Position numbers and translations under genes: made by a program. 47,359 nt of DNA from Candidatus Woesearchaeota archaeon. GTDB taxonomy: Archaea > Nanobdellota > Nanobdellia > SCGC-AAA011-G17 > DATDVL01. The stretch lies in NCBI GenBank assembly GCA_964365915.1, contig CAYIRJ010000004.1, forward strand, positions 1 through 47,359, written 5' to 3'. A model generated the notes under the pieces. The model was not told where the DNA came from and made no database searches. It saw nothing but the letters and a program-made list of their open reading frames with translations. Shown one piece after another: positions 27,707 through 36,580 of the stretch (position 1 is its first letter; each line of letters begins with the position of its first letter).

Positions 27707-27988
27707 TTACTCAGGATTAGGCATTAAGTCTGCAGGTGATGTGTGACCAATATTAATGAGCAGATCCACGCTTTTCAGATAAGCAGGATAGTCGCAGGAA
27801 CCCCAATTCGTGTCTAGCCAGATGACTATCTTTGCTTTTGTTTTCTTTCCTAGATAATCAGCAATAGCAGTGGCATAGGGCTTCAACCCATCTGCCAACT
27901 GGATACAGACTGTTCTCGCTTTCTCTTTTTTGATGCGCGCAATGATTTCCGGCCATTCCAAATCATATCCCTTGATGTGAGGTTGCAT
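27707..27988 (-). pseudogene. Truncated Dph2 (diphthamide synthase, 2-(3-amino-3-carboxypropyl)histidine synthase) N-terminal fragment
   Basis: WPEIIARIKKEKARTVCIQLADGLKPYATAIADYLGKKTKAKIVIWLDTNWGSCDYPAYLKSVDLLINIGHT aligns with the first ~90 residues of archaeal Dph2 (~340 aa). The ORF stops after 93 aa and no continuation is seen in any frame. Confidence 0.55.
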
Positions 27989-28059
27989 ATTTCCTTCAAG
28001 CAGTGAGCGCTTTTATTTGTATCGGAATCCTTTTATATAAATTCCTACAAGAAATATAT

Positions 28060-28974
28060 ATGCAGCGCAAGGTTGCCAAGATTGGGCCAAGCACGTTGAT
28101 GGTCAGCCTGCCCACGCAATGGGTAAAAAAGCACGGCATCAACAAAGGAGATGTGGTGAATGTGCTGGAGGATGGCGATAAATTAACCATCAATCTCGGA
28201 ACGCATACCCCTACAGAAAAGAGCGCAACACTTTCTGTCGAAGGACTTGATGTCATGCTGAGCAGGGCTATTGCTGGATATTATAAAAAAGGCTACTCTG
28301 AAATCAAGATTGTTTGCGATTCCCACAAAAAGCTTGCTGATGTCTATCAAGCATTAAATGTGCACTGGACAGGCATGGAAATTGTGGAACAAGGAGCTTC
28401 TCACATTTTGCTCCGTCAGGTTAGCGAGGTTACTAAGGAAAGTTTTCCTGCCATGCTTAACCGCGCCTTCCTTTTTTTGATTGCGACGAGTGATGCGTCC
28501 TGCCATGCGCTTACGTCTGGGAATAAAGAATCCTTACGGATGGTGGTTGCACGCGATCCTACACAAAATAAGTACTGTGATTTCTGCAGGAGAGTGCTGA
28601 ACAAAGAATCGATCACCGGAGCACCCATGATTTACTACATTGTGGAACAGCTTGAGCGGATGGGGGATTTGTATCGCGATCTTTGCAAGCATTTTCTGGA
28701 ACATCCCGCGAAGCTGAAAAAACATACTGCACTCTTCCAAGAGGCGCATGCATTGCTGCAACAGTTCTATACTCTTTATTACCGGTTTACTCTGGAACGC
28801 TATGAAACTCTGGGAACTTCCTTTAAAACATTGCAGAAGAGGATTGAAGATGCTCTTTCCCCTGCGGATAAACAAGATGTTTTCTTTCTGATGTATCTGC
28901 ACCAGATTGCAGAAGCCATTTTTGATATCAATGGTGCTGCACTGGTTCTTAACCTAGAAACACGGAAGGATTGA
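28060..28974 (+). CDS. PhoU-like phosphate-uptake regulator with N-terminal AbrB/SpoVT-type swapped-hairpin domain
   Basis: MQRKVAKIGPSTLMVSLPTQWVKKHGINKGDVV (AbrB-like) followed by helical PhoU-like repeats. TATA TTTTATATAA at 28031-28040, 24 nt upstream of the ATG. Confidence 0.6.
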   Translation: MQRKVAKIGPSTLMVSLPTQWVKKHGINKGDVVNVLEDGDKLTINLGTHTPTEKSATLSVEGLDVMLSRAIAGYYKKGYSEIKIVCDSHKKLADVYQALNVHWTGMEIVEQGASHILLRQVSEVTKESFPAMLNRAFLFLIATSDASCHALTSGNKESLRMVVARDPTQNKYCDFCRRVLNKESITGAPMIYYIVEQLERMGDLYRDLCKHFLEHPAKLKKHTALFQEAHALLQQFYTLYYRFTLERYETLGTSFKTLQKRIEDALSPADKQDVFFLMYLHQIAEAIFDINGAALVLNLETRKD

Positions 28975-30595
28975 TACTTTCTTCAAATGATTTATTTAAT
29001 TCTGGATATGTTTCAGCAATTGCACGCTTGGTTCCTACATAGATACGCTCTATTCTTTCTTTATCTTCAGGCTTGCGGCGCTCTGACAGTGCAGCAAGCT
29101 GACACAACGAGTTTTGAATGGTAATATTCTTCCACGTATCTATCCAAAGCTGATAATCGCGAGCAGGAAAATATTTTTTCCATTCGTTCCATGCATGCTG
29201 CAAGAGTTCATTACGCTGACCTGGACGGGCAGCCATGAATGCAGCAATGTCGTGCAAAGAATCGGAACGTCCACCGGTCTCCCAGTCAATGACATATCCC
29301 CCTTCCAAAACGTTTGATTCTGCAGCATCACGATGCGCAAGCACTTCAATCCCTAACAGATTACGAAGCTTCGCAAGATTTTCCAATTTTCTTTCGTACT
29401 GGTCCAAAAATTCCTGCTGCCTTGAATGCTGCAACCTTCTCCTGCACCTTCTCTTAAATTCATCTTGATAATCATGCACCGGCTCATCAGGAAAATGCTC
29501 TTGGTACGGGCCTGTTCCTGCTGCCATCAACTTGATGAGATGGGTAATGCCTTGCTTGAAATCATTTAAGTTATTTTCTGCACATTGGTTCAAAGTTTTT
29601 TTGTTTACTCGACGCGTTACAAGAATATACTCCTCCCCATATGGAAAACTGCTCAACGGATCTTCGCATGGCACCTGTTCAATATTCAGTACACCATAGC
29701 GTTGTATATATGCATCTCGCTGCAAACTGGCTATTGCTTCCTCTCGCTTCAATGCTTTTGGATCAATACTACGCTTGAAGAAATAACTATCTTTAGTGAA
29801 AAGATTCTCTTTGCATTCTAACAATACATGTGTCTTGCGGGATTGTGTAACTTTAGCTAATCGTGCAGGATTCTCTAAGATCTTTTCCAATGAAGAACGA
29901 AAATGCTGCTGTGCACGTTTGTATTCTCCCAGAGAACGACAAAAAATTCCTGCCAATAATTCAAGATTTACCGTGTTCTCAGGATATTTCTTAGGAAGCG
30001 ACTCGACTATTCGATGTGCAAGGTAATACCAACCCGATCTTTGATACATATCAAACCGCATAATATCCTTTCTTAATGTCCCACGGAAAGGAAATCCCAA
30101 CCATCCCAACAACGGCAGCATATATTCTGCAAATGTTTTAATATTATCATATTTTTTTTGGTTTTGGATCTTTTGTGCAGTATACAAAAAATATTGATCA
30201 TATCTCTGATTGAGGAACGCTTCCTTTGCACATAGGTCCAAATAAATAGTTGGATTATTTGTTTGTTCTTTTATTGTATCGATTTTTTCAAGGATTTTCT
30301 TTTTTTTCCCAAAAACAGTTTTCGCAAGAGGGAGTATTCCCGTTTTTGGTTCTGCACTTGTTAAGAAGCAAGATGTCATGAACGTCCCACCAAAAAAGCC
30401 CAAAAAAAACAAACGAAGATGATCTTCAATAGGTAGATCTATGTCTGATAACCAATATCGTATTCCTCCATAGATAACTGCGCCCCCTCCTATGGAAAGA
30501 CCATTCATTTCTTTTACCCATTTTTGATGCTTTCGTAATCTCTCCTCAAGCGTTTGTTCCTGATACATCAACTTTTTCTCGTTTTTGAAATTCAA
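28949..30595 (-). CDS. Membrane-anchored protein-kinase-like phosphotransferase (APH family fold)
   Basis: N-terminal hydrophobic segments. C-terminal VLAHRDAAESNVL and YVIDWETGGRSDSLHDIAAF (HxDxxxxN / DxE APH-like motifs). Confidence 0.6.
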   Translation of the reverse strand: MNFKNEKKLMYQEQTLEERLRKHQKWVKEMNGLSIGGGAVIYGGIRYWLSDIDLPIEDHLRLFFLGFFGGTFMTSCFLTSAEPKTGILPLAKTVFGKKKKILEKIDTIKEQTNNPTIYLDLCAKEAFLNQRYDQYFLYTAQKIQNQKKYDNIKTFAEYMLPLLGWLGFPFRGTLRKDIMRFDMYQRSGWYYLAHRIVESLPKKYPENTVNLELLAGIFCRSLGEYKRAQQHFRSSLEKILENPARLAKVTQSRKTHVLLECKENLFTKDSYFFKRSIDPKALKREEAIASLQRDAYIQRYGVLNIEQVPCEDPLSSFPYGEEYILVTRRVNKKTLNQCAENNLNDFKQGITHLIKLMAAGTGPYQEHFPDEPVHDYQDEFKRRCRRRLQHSRQQEFLDQYERKLENLAKLRNLLGIEVLAHRDAAESNVLEGGYVIDWETGGRSDSLHDIAAFMAARPGQRNELLQHAWNEWKKYFPARDYQLWIDTWKNITIQNSLCQLAALSERRKPEDKERIERIYVGTKRAIAETYPELNKSFEESINPSVFLG

Positions 30596-30644
30596 AAATT
30601 TTTCGCCAAAAAGCTTATATAAACCCTTTTTAACTGACTTGATT

Positions 30645-32486
30645 ATGGCGAAGAAAACACCTGACGCACCTTCTTCTCAACCTGATTTGGCTTCCAAGCT
30701 TCCAGAACTGCCTGATGCAGTGAAACAGCGCTTTGAAGAAGTCAAGAAAAAACTAGAAACTTTTAAAGATAAGACCTTAGAAAAATTTGACAAATATATT
30801 CTGGGCATTTCATTATTGCCGCCAGAGAAACAGCCTTTTGAAGGTCCCCCTCCTGCGGCTGCAACACCTCCTCCCGGACCTGAACAGAAAAGTGATGAAC
30901 TGAACATTCTTGTCTTGATAAATGATAGTGACAGTGAGAAAATGAGCAAGTTTGAGCTGCGGGAAAAAATGTTTACTGTTCTTGACAAGATTGCTGCGGA
31001 CATTGACAAAAGCTTCAAGCCTGAAGTGATGCTGCTGACAGAACTGCGCGAAAGTTTGTATGACGCGAAATATGAAATTTTGCGACTTATCGGCATGAGC
31101 GCTCCTATTTACGATCCCAAGGATCTGCTTGCTGCACTCAGGATCAGCGAAGTGCACAAAAGCATGGTCATCAAGAAATTTGAGAAATATGTGGTGAGCT
31201 ATGTTGCTGTGGGAAGCTTGTTTAGAGGAGATGCAAAGAGCAATGACATTGACGTTGCGGTGATCATTGATGATACTGATGTGAAAAAGATGAGCAGGGC
31301 AGAGCTGAGAGACAAGCTTGGAGCAATCATCAGAAGCATGGGATACGAGGCTTCTTCCATTACTGGAGTGAAAAAGAGCTTTCACATTCAAGTATACATC
31401 TTAACTGACTATTGGGAAAGCATCAAGGAAGCGAATCCCGTAATCTTTACGTTCTTGAGAGATGGCGTGCCGCTCTATGACCGAGGGACGTTCATGCCCT
31501 GGAAACTGCTGTTGGAACAGGGAAGAATTCGACCCAGCCCGGAAGCCATTGACTTGTTCATGGACATGGGAAAACGGCTGATTGAGAGGGCAAAAGGAAG
31601 GATGATTGGTATTGTTGCAGAAGATATTTACTATGCAGCCTTGAATCCGAGTCAGGCTGCGTTGATGCTGTATGGCATTCCTCCTCCTACGCCGAAGGAA
31701 ACGGTGAAACTGCTGGAGGATATTTTTGTGAAGAAAGAAAAATTACTGGAAATGAAGTATGTCAACACGCTTGAAAAGATCAGGAAGTGCTACAAGGACA
31801 TTGAGCATGGCACGATCAAGGACATTACGGGAAAAGAAATTGACCAGATGCTGCAGGAGACTGAGGATTATTTGAAGAGGATTGATCATTTGTTCAAGCA
31901 GATTGAGAAGCAGGCTGACAAGAAAGCAGTTGAGGAATTTTACAGCACTTTTGCTAAGGCGGTAAATGATGTTCTTGCTACTGAAAACATTATTGCCAAC
32001 AAAGACTTGGAAAAGGACTTCAAGCTGCTTGTCAAGAAAAACATCATTCCCAAGACCTTTGAAAAAAATCTTGAAGCTGTTGTTGGGCTGAAAAAGAAAA
32101 AATTAACGCGCTTTGAACAGAACAAAGTCATTCGTGAGAATACTTTTTTGATCCGCATCTTGTTTGAACATATCCAACGGAAAAAGGCGCTGGAGCTGGA
32201 ACGGGCAAAGATACGGGTGAAATACGGGGAGAAGTTTGCAGATGTTTACTTATTGGATAAGGTGGCTTATCTGGTGGAGGATGCGGATGGAACGGAAAAA
32301 CGCATCAACAAGGCTCTCTTGACTAAGGAAGGGGGATTAGAAAACATCCAGGAAAGTAACTTAAATGAACTGGAGACGGCATTGACTGCAGTGCCGATTC
32401 CCCAGAAGGTGTTCATCAAGGAAAAGATCTTTGAAGACTTAAGAAAATTGTATGGCGAAGATATTGAGATTGCTGTCGGACGATAA
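30645..32486 (+). CDS. Pol-beta-superfamily nucleotidyltransferase with an internally duplicated (degenerate) NTase module and C-terminal helical HEPN-like region
   Basis: Active-type motif VAVGSLFRGDAKSNDIDVAVIIDD preceded by a degenerate copy ILVLINDSDSEKMSKFEL. Shares LLEQGRIRP and GIPPPTPKE with its paralog at 42354-43166. RILFEH (Rx4H) lies in the C-terminal region. Start at MAKKTP (30645) with TATA at 30614-30623. Confidence 0.65.
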   Translation: MAKKTPDAPSSQPDLASKLPELPDAVKQRFEEVKKKLETFKDKTLEKFDKYILGISLLPPEKQPFEGPPPAAATPPPGPEQKSDELNILVLINDSDSEKMSKFELREKMFTVLDKIAADIDKSFKPEVMLLTELRESLYDAKYEILRLIGMSAPIYDPKDLLAALRISEVHKSMVIKKFEKYVVSYVAVGSLFRGDAKSNDIDVAVIIDDTDVKKMSRAELRDKLGAIIRSMGYEASSITGVKKSFHIQVYILTDYWESIKEANPVIFTFLRDGVPLYDRGTFMPWKLLLEQGRIRPSPEAIDLFMDMGKRLIERAKGRMIGIVAEDIYYAALNPSQAALMLYGIPPPTPKETVKLLEDIFVKKEKLLEMKYVNTLEKIRKCYKDIEHGTIKDITGKEIDQMLQETEDYLKRIDHLFKQIEKQADKKAVEEFYSTFAKAVNDVLATENIIANKDLEKDFKLLVKKNIIPKTFEKNLEAVVGLKKKKLTRFEQNKVIRENTFLIRILFEHIQRKKALELERAKIRVKYGEKFADVYLLDKVAYLVEDADGTEKRINKALLTKEGGLENIQESNLNELETALTAVPIPQKVFIKEKIFEDLRKLYGEDIEIAVGR

Positions 32487-32540
32487 CCTGCTTAGAAGTT
32501 ATCACCATCGCTTGCCTTCTTTCCCTTTTTTGTTCAGCGA

Positions 32541-32918
32541 TCACCACATAAATACTAAATCTTCTGCTGTTTTCCTTATCCGATCCATCAGCTCCCTTCG
32601 CTCTTTTCTCTCAGTAATAGGTTCAAAAAAGGAAACACGTGACTGATCATTTTTCCTCGGTTGATAAAACGGATAGGGTAATTTATTTTCCTTTTCCCTT
32701 GACCCTTTATAGTATCCTAAAATCACCCGGTAATTGGCATTGAGCATTATTGATTCTTTGGGATCCTTTCCTAACTCTCTTAAGAATGCTTCCTTTTGTG
32801 ATTGCGCAACATATTCTGGAAAACTTGAACCGGGAAGAGTTAGAACGATGACTTCTTTATTTTTATAAATTATTCTTTCTAAGTGTTCATCCTTTTTATG
32901 GCAGTAATGTATGATCAT
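32541..32918 (-). CDS. Hypothetical protein (125 aa)
   Basis: ORF only. Confidence 0.45.
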   Translation of the reverse strand: MIIHYCHKKDEHLERIIYKNKEVIVLTLPGSSFPEYVAQSQKEAFLRELGKDPKESIMLNANYRVILGYYKGSREKENKLPYPFYQPRKNDQSRVSFFEPITERKERRELMDRIRKTAEDLVFMW

Positions 32919-32949
32919 TTTTTTCTTGCTTTATCAAAAGGAAACATCT

Positions 32950-33705
32950 TCATTGCTTTACCACCTTGAGCAACCCTTCCATGCGCTCCACCAAACCCCC
33001 AACATTCGCTTGCGTATATGGCTCTTCATGATATCCAATAAGCAACTGCAATATTGAAGATTCCTTTTCAGCGAATGAAGTGATGTGGAATCTCTTTCCT
33101 TGGCTCCCTTCTATAAACACTTGAGGTGTGCCTGATCTGTAGGTCCAGTCATGAACATCCTCTCCATACGTGTAGGCATTCACTATTCTTCCTGGTAATT
33201 GCATGCAGAGAACTCCTTTGATCATACGTGTTATTGCTGCGGGGCGATCTGCTGCATATTTGATCGTTACATTCTCTCTGTGTTCATCTTTTGTATTATG
33301 AAGGTAGCGTTCTAATTCTTGCGCATTCTTAATTAGCACAGGTCGTTGTTTCGCCTCTTCTGCAACATTGGTAAGACGGTACTCCAGACCCAGCCATCCT
33401 CTCGCAACCTTGATGGGACTGCATTCCTGTATATAGAGGACACCATTAAAATGCTTAGTGAATGCTTCTTGAATGCATCTATCGGAAGGAATGGTGGGAC
33501 AGGGATAAAATATTTCTTGTATTACGCGCATCTCATGCAGTGCTGCGCCATATTGTCGATGTTGCCATACTACTCCTTGCATGTGCTGGAGCTGTTGTCC
33601 CAATATATTCATTCCCATGATCTTGATTGGTTCATTCCTTCTTTTAAATCTTTCTATTAATGTCACTTTAGAGTAATTATTATAATCTTCTCGTCTCTTG
33701 GGCAA
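32950..33705 (-). CDS. Hypothetical protein (251 aa)
   Basis: ORF co-oriented with 32541-32918. Confidence 0.5.
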   Translation of the reverse strand: MPKRREDYNNYSKVTLIERFKRRNEPIKIMGMNILGQQLQHMQGVVWQHRQYGAALHEMRVIQEIFYPCPTIPSDRCIQEAFTKHFNGVLYIQECSPIKVARGWLGLEYRLTNVAEEAKQRPVLIKNAQELERYLHNTKDEHRENVTIKYAADRPAAITRMIKGVLCMQLPGRIVNAYTYGEDVHDWTYRSGTPQVFIEGSQGKRFHITSFAEKESSILQLLIGYHEEPYTQANVGGLVERMEGLLKVVKQ

Positions 33706-33737
33706 AGTTTTTTAAACCTTTTTTGACAGTTACGATT

Positions 33738-33995
33738 ATGGCACAAGCATTAATTACCCAGTTCCGTAGAGGAAAAACCACAAAACAAGAACGGCAAATG
33801 CTCATTTGTATTACCGGCGTAGATAAAAAGAAGGCTGTAGGTTACTTAGGTAAGCAAGTCGTCTGGAAAAGCACTGCAGGAAAAGAAATCAAGGGTATGA
33901 TCAGCAGAATCCATGGCAATAAGGGAGTGATGAGTGTTATTTTCGAGAAAGGCATGCCTGGCCAGGCCATTGGCACAGCAGTAGAGGTGCAATAA
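33738..33995 (+). CDS. rpl35ae: 50S ribosomal protein L35Ae
   Basis: FRRGKTT..QMLICITGVD..AVGYLGKQVVWKSTAGKEIKGMISRIHGNKGVMSVIFEKGMPGQAIGTAV matches the L35Ae pattern. Start at MAQALI (33738), with TATA-like TTTTTTAAA 26 nt upstream. Confidence 0.8.
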   Translation: MAQALITQFRRGKTTKQERQMLICITGVDKKKAVGYLGKQVVWKSTAGKEIKGMISRIHGNKGVMSVIFEKGMPGQAIGTAVEVQ

Positions 33996-33996
33996 T

Positions 33997-34551
33997 ATGG
34001 CAGGATTACGACCCGCGCATTGCTATACTGAAATTAAGCGTGCGTACACCAGAAAAAGCAAGTTCAAAAGCAAGGGATATGTCAAGGCAGCACCGAATTC
34101 CAAGATTGTGAAATACTTCTTTGGCGATGTTACAAAAAATTTCAGCCATCAGCTGGATTTTGTTGCAATAGTTCCTGTGCAAATTCGGCATAATGCATTG
34201 GAAAGCGTGCGCCAGATTGTGAACAGGAGATTAAGCATTGATATTGGGAAGAATTACCGCCTAATTATTCGAGGGCATCCCCATCATGTGCTGCGCGAGC
34301 ATAAAATGTTAACGGGAGCGGGTGCAGACCGCATGAGCCCGGGAATGGCCCATGCCTTTGGAAGGCCTATTGGACTAGCAGTGCAAGCAAAGAGAGGCAA
34401 AGTGCTGATGAGTATATGGGTGGACAAATCTGATATTGAGAAAGCGAAATACGCGTACAGCAAGGCCTTTCCCCGATTGCCAGGACGATGGAATGTGGTT
34501 GTAACAGACATTGTAAAAATTCCTGAAATTACTTCCTTTCCAAGCAGATAA
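33997..34551 (+). CDS. rpl10e: 50S ribosomal protein L10e (uL16)
   Basis: MAGLRPAHCYTEIKRAYTRKSKF..; 184 aa. Confidence 0.9.
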   Translation: MAGLRPAHCYTEIKRAYTRKSKFKSKGYVKAAPNSKIVKYFFGDVTKNFSHQLDFVAIVPVQIRHNALESVRQIVNRRLSIDIGKNYRLIIRGHPHHVLREHKMLTGAGADRMSPGMAHAFGRPIGLAVQAKRGKVLMSIWVDKSDIEKAKYAYSKAFPRLPGRWNVVVTDIVKIPEITSFPSR

Positions 34552-34630
34552 AAAGAATTCTGAATTTTTGATTATTTTCTACTCTTATTCTGTTGTCTTT
34601 AAGACCTATATCTTTTTATAGATAATTTTT

Positions 34631-36292
34631 ATGCGCGGGGGTATGTTGATTGCCTGGTTGAATGCTGCAACGCCTGAAACCTTTATTGGAGAGAAAGCAA
34701 GAACCCTTGCTGCATTAGCAACTCATGGGATCAATGTGCCGAAAGGATTTGTCATTACCCAAGAGGCATTTACCCACTTTCTTGCGGCAAACCAGATTGA
34801 CTTGCAGTTTCTTGAAAACTTGAACTTGGAGGATCAGGAACAAGTGGCGCATGCGGCAGCAGAACTCCAGCATCTTTTCCAGCAGGCCTATTTTCCAGAA
34901 ACACTACAGCAGGAAATTCTTTCAGCGTATGACCAGATGCTGGTGAGTGCTGAAGTGTATCATCATGTCAGCGCAGAAGCCTTGAACATTCTGAAGACAG
35001 GAAGAGACCTTCCTAAGGTCCTGATTCGGTCCAGCTGGAAGGAAGGAAAAGCGCTTTTTCATATTAAAGGGAAGGAAGCACTGCTGCAAGCCATCAAGGA
35101 AAGTTGGATGCTCCGCTTTCAGCCTGCACTATTGCAGCACCACATGCATGACATGGAAGTTATTGTACAAAAAATGCTTACTGTAGAACGCTCGGGTGTT
35201 GTTGTCCCTGATCAGCAGACTCACATTGAAGTAGTGTTAGGACTCTATGATGCGGTTACTCAGCAGCTTGTTCAGCCTGATGTGTATGCTCTTGATGAGC
35301 AGGGCACGTTTATTACCAAACAAGTGGTGAAGCAGGAATTCCTCTTCGTACGCGATTCCCAGGGAAGCTTGATCAAAAAGCATTTATTCTACCATGGGGA
35401 AAGCCAGAAACTCAGCGATTATGATGCACGCCAAATAGCAAAGCTCTACCAGAAAATTACGAGCATACTTGGATACATGTCTATTCTTGAATTTGCATTT
35501 GATGGTAATCAATTGTATGTACTGCAGGCTACCCAGCAGAAGCAGGAACCTGTCGTGGAACACGTAATGCAGCAAGCACAACCAGATATGCAAGCACAGG
35601 AACCGGAAACGCTTTCTTCAGAAGATCTGCATACTGTGACTGAACTGAAGGTGTTTCTTGAACAGAAGGACAGCTCTATTCCCTGTGATGGAGTGTTTAC
35701 TACTGCCTCTCTCCAAGATCTTCAAGAGATAGCCAAGGAATACCAACAAAATACGGTGTGGTATGCATTGCGCGATGCGCAGGATCTCCTGGACATTGCT
35801 AAGTTCCATGATGCAGGAGCGAACAATGTGGGGATTGCTATTTGTGGACTCACGGAAATTGAGCAGCTGCGGATGGTGAAGAACTCCCTGAAGAAGGCGG
35901 GGCTGGAACCTTTGGAGGAAATTGAAGTAGGATTAGTTATCGATTCCCCTCTTCTCCTCTATTTGCTTGATGACATTGACAGAGAAGGAATTGATTTCTT
36001 AGTAGTGGATTTTGCAACGCTGGCAGAGCGGAGTGCGGGAAAAGTCACGGACGGAAAAAACAAGGGATACTTGAAGTTACTGCATCATTTAGTGAAGGAA
36101 TGCAAATTGAGAAATATTGAAATTGGGGTTGCGGGGACCTTTGATGACGAACTGATTGACTTCTTTGTGAAGGCAGGATTTGACAGCTTGATATTGCCGA
36201 AGGCACAGCTGGAAAATGTGAAGAAAACAGTTGCGCGTGCGGAAAAAAGGCTGTTATTAAACGCTGCACGAAGAGACTTGAAAGAGATATGA
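34631..36292 (+). CDS. PEP-utilising-enzyme-like protein (pyruvate phosphate dikinase / PEP synthase N-terminal nucleotide-binding domain homolog)
   Basis: FIGEKARTLAALATHGINVPKGFVITQEAF resembles the PPDK_N motif. 553 aa; the true start may be M5. Confidence 0.55.
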   Translation: MRGGMLIAWLNAATPETFIGEKARTLAALATHGINVPKGFVITQEAFTHFLAANQIDLQFLENLNLEDQEQVAHAAAELQHLFQQAYFPETLQQEILSAYDQMLVSAEVYHHVSAEALNILKTGRDLPKVLIRSSWKEGKALFHIKGKEALLQAIKESWMLRFQPALLQHHMHDMEVIVQKMLTVERSGVVVPDQQTHIEVVLGLYDAVTQQLVQPDVYALDEQGTFITKQVVKQEFLFVRDSQGSLIKKHLFYHGESQKLSDYDARQIAKLYQKITSILGYMSILEFAFDGNQLYVLQATQQKQEPVVEHVMQQAQPDMQAQEPETLSSEDLHTVTELKVFLEQKDSSIPCDGVFTTASLQDLQEIAKEYQQNTVWYALRDAQDLLDIAKFHDAGANNVGIAICGLTEIEQLRMVKNSLKKAGLEPLEEIEVGLVIDSPLLLYLLDDIDREGIDFLVVDFATLAERSAGKVTDGKNKGYLKLLHHLVKECKLRNIEIGVAGTFDDELIDFFVKAGFDSLILPKAQLENVKKTVARAEKRLLLNAARRDLKEI

Positions 36293-36580
36293 TTACTTCT
36301 TTGAATACTGCTCACTGGGATCGTAGGGAAGAGGATTCTCTGCATACGAGATGATCATTTCTTTCTTTCCCAGATTGTGGTACATCATGAAAAACTGCTC
36401 AAGAGGTGGAGGGGCAGGTAAAGACTTTTCTGGTTTGGGAGGAGCTACAGGCATTTGGCTCATGATCTTTCCTCTTTGATATTGTTCTTGTTTATCTGGT
36501 AATGTTTTTTTGGTCATGCATGCAACAGTTAATGCACTGAGTATGGCAAGCAATGATGAAGTACGTGCAAGCGATCTCAT
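36293..36580 (-). CDS. Small secreted protein or lipoprotein
   Basis: Signal peptide MRSLARTSSLLAILSALTVAC (lipobox-like LTVAC); proline-rich. Confidence 0.5.
   Translation of the reverse strand: MRSLARTSSLLAILSALTVACMTKKTLPDKQEQYQRGKIMSQMPVAPPKPEKSLPAPPPLEQFFMMYHNLGKKEMIISYAENPLPYDPSEQYSKK

Noticed and set aside
30585-30644. ORF-track start of the NTase gene at 30585 (MKFKNFSPK...).
   Set aside because: It would overlap the divergent kinase gene start at 30595 and leave no promoter. An ATG at 30645 with a TATA 26 nt upstream is more plausible.
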